Assembly (NCBI GenBank): GCA_964549615.1
Contig: CAZJVP010000020.1
Location: 218,305-282,304, forward strand
DNA: 64,000 nucleotides
Direction: 5' to 3'
Source: an uncultured Thermococci archaeon
Lineage (GTDB): Archaea; CAYQAE01; CAYVLA01
In this document: positions 59,722 to 64,000 of the stretch, piece after piece
Layout of the letters: every line of letters starts with the position of its first letter
Position numbering within the stretch: the first letter of the stretch is position 1
Made by a program: the position numbers and the translations under genes
Notes under the pieces: generated by a model
Databases searched by the model: none
What the model was told of the DNA's origin: nothing
Seen by the model: the letters and a program-made list of their open reading frames with translations, nothing else

Positions 59722-61770
59722 ATGGTCTCGGGAAACGCTCGGCAGACAATAGTTACCGCAGCCCTGCCCTATGCGAACGGCGACATCCACATCGGGCATG
59801 TCGCGAGCACATACCTTCCCGCCGACATCTACACTCGGTACCTGAGACTTGCGGGCCAGGATGTGGTGTTCGTTTGCGGGGCGGACGAGCACGGTACCCC
59901 CATAGAGATAGCCGCCAAGCAGAGGGGTGTGAGTCCGTCCGAGCACGCTGACTACTTCCGGGTCCGCCAGCTCAGGGACTTGGAAAGCATGGGGGTGCAG
60001 TTCGACAGCTACTACCGGACCCACAGCGAGGAGAACAGGCGGCTCACCGAGCACTTCCTTCTGAAGATGCGGGAGAATGGACACATCGATTCCAAGTGGG
60101 TCGAGTCTTACTACTGCGAGAACGACCGAAAGTACCTGCCCGACAGGTTCGTCGTCGGCATCTGTCCGCACTGCGGGGCCGAGGACCAGTATAGCGACGG
60201 TTGCGAGGCCTGTGGGCGGGCGCTTGAGCCAGGCGAGATACTGAAGCCACGGTGCGCGATCTGCGGAGCCGCGCCCGTCACCAGAAGGACCAAGCACTTC
60301 TTCTTCAAGCTTTCGAGGTTCTCCGATGCGCTGCGGGAGTGGCTGAAGGGGAAGCCGGCTGAGGATTTCCCCCTCGAGGTGGTGAATCACGTCTTAAGCT
60401 GGATCGAGGGCGGCCTTCGGGACTGGGACATCACCCGTGAGGACTACTGGGGATTCAAGCTTCCTTACCCCGACGCCGAGGAAAACCAGTTCGCCTACGT
60501 CTGGGTCGATGCGCCCATAGGTTACTTCGCCTCGTTCATTCGCTGGGCCAGCCTCCACGACCCGGAAAAGGAGTCCTGGCTCAGGGATCCGAACACGCGC
60601 CTGGTACACTTCATCGGGAAGGACATAGTGCAGCATCATCTCATCTTCTGGCCGGCCATGCTGATGGCAGTTTCAGAGTACGTCATGCCCACCAAGTACG
60701 TGGTGAACGGCTACATATCGCTTGAGGGCAAAAAGATGAGCAAGAGCAGGGGCTGGTACATTCCGGTGGAGAGGGCGACCTCGCGGTACCCGAGCGACTA
60801 CCTCCGCTTCTACCTTGCCTACAAGGCCGCGAACGCCACGGGGGACTCCAACTACAGTTGGACCGAGTTCCAGGACCGCGTGAACAAGGAGCTTGCCGAC
60901 AACATCGGGAACTTCGTCCACAGGGTGCTGACATTCACCCACAACAACTTCGGTGGCAGGGTCCCGAAGGCGGGCGAGTTCTCGAAGATCGATCAGGAGT
61001 TCGCTCGCTACACAGACGGCTTGGCGGACGAGCTTAGGGGACCCTACGAGCTATGCAACTTCTCAAAGGTCGTCCAGGGGTTGGTCGCGGCTTTCATGGT
61101 GGCCAACCGGTACTTCAACGACAAGAAGCCCTGGGCCACGCTGAAGTCGGCCGGGTCGGATGCTGCGACCACCACCTACCTTTGCCTCAGGTTCGTCAAG
61201 GTGGCTTCCGCCCTCCTGTACCCGATAGTCCCGGTGATGGCCGAGAGGATCTGGGAACACTTGGGAGAGGCGTCGCTTGTTGAGTCAAGGCCGCTTGCCG
61301 CAGGGGCCGCCCTTGAACTGGAGGCTGGAAGGCCGCTGCCAAGGCCTGTCCCGCTCGTTGAGAAGATCGACGACGGTAAGATTGAAGAGGAGGCCAGATG
61401 GCTAGAGTCCCGACTTGGCAAGGAGGAGGAGAAGGTGACGGAGCAAGAGCAACTCGTTACCATGGAGGAGTTCAAGAAGATCGACATAAGGATCGCGAAG
61501 GTCTTGGAGGCAGAAGAGGTAAAGGGTTCGCGCAACCTGATCAAGCTCAAGGTCGACGCGGGCGGCGAGCGGACCCTCGTGGCCGGACTCGCCCGCCACT
61601 ACTCGGCGAAGGACATCGTCGGCAAGGAGATCGCGATAGTCGCTAACCTGAAGCCGGCCAAGATCTTCGGCATAGAGTCCAAGGGCATGCTTCTCGCTGC
61701 GGTGGACGGCGCGAAGGCGTCGCTTCTGGTTGTCGACAGAGAAGTCACACCGGGGACCAGGGTTGAGTGA
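59722..61770 (+). CDS. metG: Methionyl-tRNA synthetase with C-terminal tRNA-binding domain
   Basis: ALPYANG..HIGH, KMSKS, zinc knuckles, ANLKPAKIFGIESKGM. Confidence 0.98.
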   Translation: MVSGNARQTIVTAALPYANGDIHIGHVASTYLPADIYTRYLRLAGQDVVFVCGADEHGTPIEIAAKQRGVSPSEHADYFRVRQLRDLESMGVQFDSYYRTHSEENRRLTEHFLLKMRENGHIDSKWVESYYCENDRKYLPDRFVVGICPHCGAEDQYSDGCEACGRALEPGEILKPRCAICGAAPVTRRTKHFFFKLSRFSDALREWLKGKPAEDFPLEVVNHVLSWIEGGLRDWDITREDYWGFKLPYPDAEENQFAYVWVDAPIGYFASFIRWASLHDPEKESWLRDPNTRLVHFIGKDIVQHHLIFWPAMLMAVSEYVMPTKYVVNGYISLEGKKMSKSRGWYIPVERATSRYPSDYLRFYLAYKAANATGDSNYSWTEFQDRVNKELADNIGNFVHRVLTFTHNNFGGRVPKAGEFSKIDQEFARYTDGLADELRGPYELCNFSKVVQGLVAAFMVANRYFNDKKPWATLKSAGSDAATTTYLCLRFVKVASALLYPIVPVMAERIWEHLGEASLVESRPLAAGAALELEAGRPLPRPVPLVEKIDDGKIEEEARWLESRLGKEEEKVTEQEQLVTMEEFKKIDIRIAKVLEAEEVKGSRNLIKLKVDAGGERTLVAGLARHYSAKDIVGKEIAIVANLKPAKIFGIESKGMLLAAVDGAKASLLVVDREVTPGTRVE

Positions 61771-62428
61771 TGTCCTCCGGCTGGACATGCACGTGCACAC
61801 CTCGTTTTCCCACGACGGCCTTGAGGGCCCGGCGTGCCTAGTGAAGAGAGCGGCGGAGATCGGGTTGGACGGCCTAGCCATCACCGATCACAACACCCAG
61901 GAGGGAGTGGGCGAGGCGATCGATGCGGGCAGGGAGCTCGGCGTCATCGTCATCCCCGGCGTGGAGGTCTCCTGCCGCGAGGGCCACGTTCTCGCATATG
62001 GTGCGCAGGATTTCGGCTTCTCGGCTGGGGAGACGGTTGGCGAGGTCGTCCGGGCGGTCAAGGCCCGCCATGCGTCGTGCATCGTCGCTCCGGCCCATCC
62101 GTTCGATCTGTACAGATCCGGCATGGGCTGGGCTGCGGCAAGGTACCCCTTCGACGCGGTGGAGACGGTGAACTCGCACTCCGTTGTCCCGAGGTCCCTA
62201 GTGGTGCCCATGGCGAGGAAGATGGGGGTCGGTGAGCTGGGCGGATCGGATGCACATGCCCTCTGTGGGCTGGGCAGTGGGCTGACCGTCGTATCGGCGG
62301 ATTCAAGCAGCCTGCTTCAGGCCGTGGCGACTTCAGGCCGGGCCCGAGGCGGTTTTCATCCGCTGAGCATGCTCAAGGAAAGCCTTGAGAGGAGAAGGAG
62401 GGGCGGCCACCGTGACGTTCGATCTTGA
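61763..62428 (+). CDS. PHP-domain phosphoesterase
   Basis: DMHVHT, AITDHN, PGVEVS, AHPF, GGSDAH. Confidence 0.9.
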   Translation: MSDVLRLDMHVHTSFSHDGLEGPACLVKRAAEIGLDGLAITDHNTQEGVGEAIDAGRELGVIVIPGVEVSCREGHVLAYGAQDFGFSAGETVGEVVRAVKARHASCIVAPAHPFDLYRSGMGWAAARYPFDAVETVNSHSVVPRSLVVPMARKMGVGELGGSDAHALCGLGSGLTVVSADSSSLLQAVATSGRARGGFHPLSMLKESLERRRRGGHRDVRS

Positions 62429-62930
62429 TGCGGACCTGGTCCGGTTCAGAACGGCGCTGGCTAGCGTGACGGTGATCGGGGTCGAGGGGGCGAAGGTGGA
62501 GGACGTCAACCGGCTGGTCGCAGAGCTGTCAAAGCTTGGAAAGTTCCAGGTGATGGATGCAGGGCGCGTCTTGGGCGAGGATCACGTGAGGTTTGCGTGC
62601 TTCGAAGCGCTCAGAAGCTTCGCGACAGGGCAGAACCTGACGGCAAGCCTTCCAATGGAGATCCTGGTGAGGGCGGCCTGCACGACCCAGATCTCGGAGG
62701 CGATAGCGCGGGTCGGCGTGAGGAAGGGCTGCGCGGAAGTCGTGCTTGTGGCGGTTGGGTCCGACGGGTATGCGATCTCAAGGGCGGTCGGCCTGCTGGG
62801 AGGCAGGGTTTCGCCGCGGCCATTAGAGCCAAGCACAAAGAAGCGGGCCACCGTCAAGGAGCTGTTCTGCCTCGATGAGCCGGTGGAGAAAACGCTGCTC
62901 GAAAGGATTGCGCTCTGCGCGGTCGTCTAG
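62412..62930 (+). CDS. cgi121: KEOPS complex subunit Cgi121
   Basis: Q.MDA, H, MEILVRAACTTQISEAI..VGV, LLERIAL. Confidence 0.85.
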   Translation: MTFDLDADLVRFRTALASVTVIGVEGAKVEDVNRLVAELSKLGKFQVMDAGRVLGEDHVRFACFEALRSFATGQNLTASLPMEILVRAACTTQISEAIARVGVRKGCAEVVLVAVGSDGYAISRAVGLLGGRVSPRPLEPSTKKRATVKELFCLDEPVEKTLLERIALCAVV

Positions 62931-63929
62931 AAGAACGCGAAGGGCCTCTGGCGGACCGGCTTGCCAAGGATCTTCACGGGCTGCCCGCAGTTCTTGCAAC
63001 GGTTGGCCGAATCCAGCGCGATCCTTCCCAGGACGTAGCCGTGGCGTTCGATGACGACGTTGCCGCAGTTGGGGCAGTATGTGTTCTCCCACCTGGATCC
63101 AAACACGTTTCCCGCGTAGACGTACTTGAGCCCTCTGGCCCTGGCCGCCTGGACCGCGCGGTCGATCGTCTCGGTCGGGGTGGGCTCGACGTCGGTAAGC
63201 ATGTACATCGGGTGGAACCTTGAGAAGTGGAGCGGGATGTCGGGCGCCAATTCACGCACGAATTCGATGACGCCCCCTATCGCCTTTGGCGAGTCGTTGT
63301 GTCCGGGGATGACGAGGGTGGTGATCTCCACGGCCACGCCCATTTCGTTCCAGATCCTGATCGCATCCTTCACGGCCTCGATTTTGGGGGCCTTGCAAAG
63401 CTTGCGATAGAACTCAGTCTCCGAGGATTTGAGGTCCACGTTGGCGCAGCTGAGGTACCTGCCGATCTCCCTCGCAGGATCGGGGTTGATGTAGCCGTTA
63501 GTCACGTAGCACGTGTATAGGCCCTCCTTCCTGGCCAACTCGAACGTGTCAAGTGAGTACTCGATGCTCACGGTGGGCTCGTTGTAGGTGAACGCGATTC
63601 CGAGGCATCCGGACTCCCTGGCCTTCTTCACAAGGTCCGCCGGGGCGGCGTCGTACGAGTCAAGGTCCTCGGGGCTGGCCTGCGAGATCTCGTAGTTCTG
63701 GCAGAATGAGCACTTCAGGTTGCAGCCCACCAGCCCCACGGAGTAGATCGTGCTCCCGGGGTAGACGTGGAAGAGCGGCTTCTTCTCGACTGGGTCTATC
63801 GCCAGGGAAACGGGCTTTCCATAGGTCAGGGCGTAGAGCTTGCCGTCCCGGTTCTCGCGGACGCGGCAGATACCTCTCTTGCCCGGCCCGATCTTGCATT
63901 CATGCGGGCAGAGTTCACACTGGACCGCT
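62927..63929 (-). CDS. amrS: AmmeMemoRadiSam system radical SAM enzyme, 5' end replaced by the fold-back
   Basis: Frame extends upstream of the ORF call: VQCELCPHECKI..DPVEKKPLFH..GCNLKCSFCQN; FTYNEP, HFSRFHP, YVYAGNV, TYCPNC. Confidence 0.93.
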
Positions 63930-64000
63930 GCGTCCGCGAGAACCGGGACGGCAAGCTCTACGCCCTGACCTATGGAAAGCCCGTTTCCCTGGCGATAGAC
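63794..64000. repeat. Perfect 71-bp inverted repeat (63794-63864 versus 63930-64000) with a 65-bp spacer
   Basis: Base-by-base reverse-complement match running to the window edge. Confidence 0.97.

Overview
GC-rich archaeal chromosome segment. Archaeal origin is supported by the KEOPS subunit Cgi121, an archaeal-type MetRS, GGAGGTGA-type ribosome binding sites and TATA-like promoters; the lineage cannot be assigned from this window alone. 1-40 kb and 54-59.6 kb are mostly carbohydrate catabolism: GH38, GH123-like and other unclassified glycosidase folds, a sulfatase, sugar oxidoreductases, galactonate dehydratase and an EtfB-EtfA-Ldh operon, plus a glycosyltransferase/flippase trio and a decaying vapBC patch. 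40-52 kb is a partly decayed metal/thiol-redox island (three ArsR, two ArsP/DUF318 permeases with small thioredoxins, Trx-CcdA, ABC exporter) ending in an IS66 remnant. 59.7-64 kb is housekeeping. Best candidates for something undescribed: (1) a ~160-nt structured non-coding element with its own TATA box at 51.84-52.03 kb; (2) two paralogous surface proteins sharing an unrecognised ~280-aa N-terminal domain and an IPET-type C-terminal sorting signal; (3) a recurring TTCAA-N6-TTGAA operator in the island. The last 71 bp are an exact fold-back of upstream sequence, probably an artefact. All family calls come from motif recognition by eye, without database searches.
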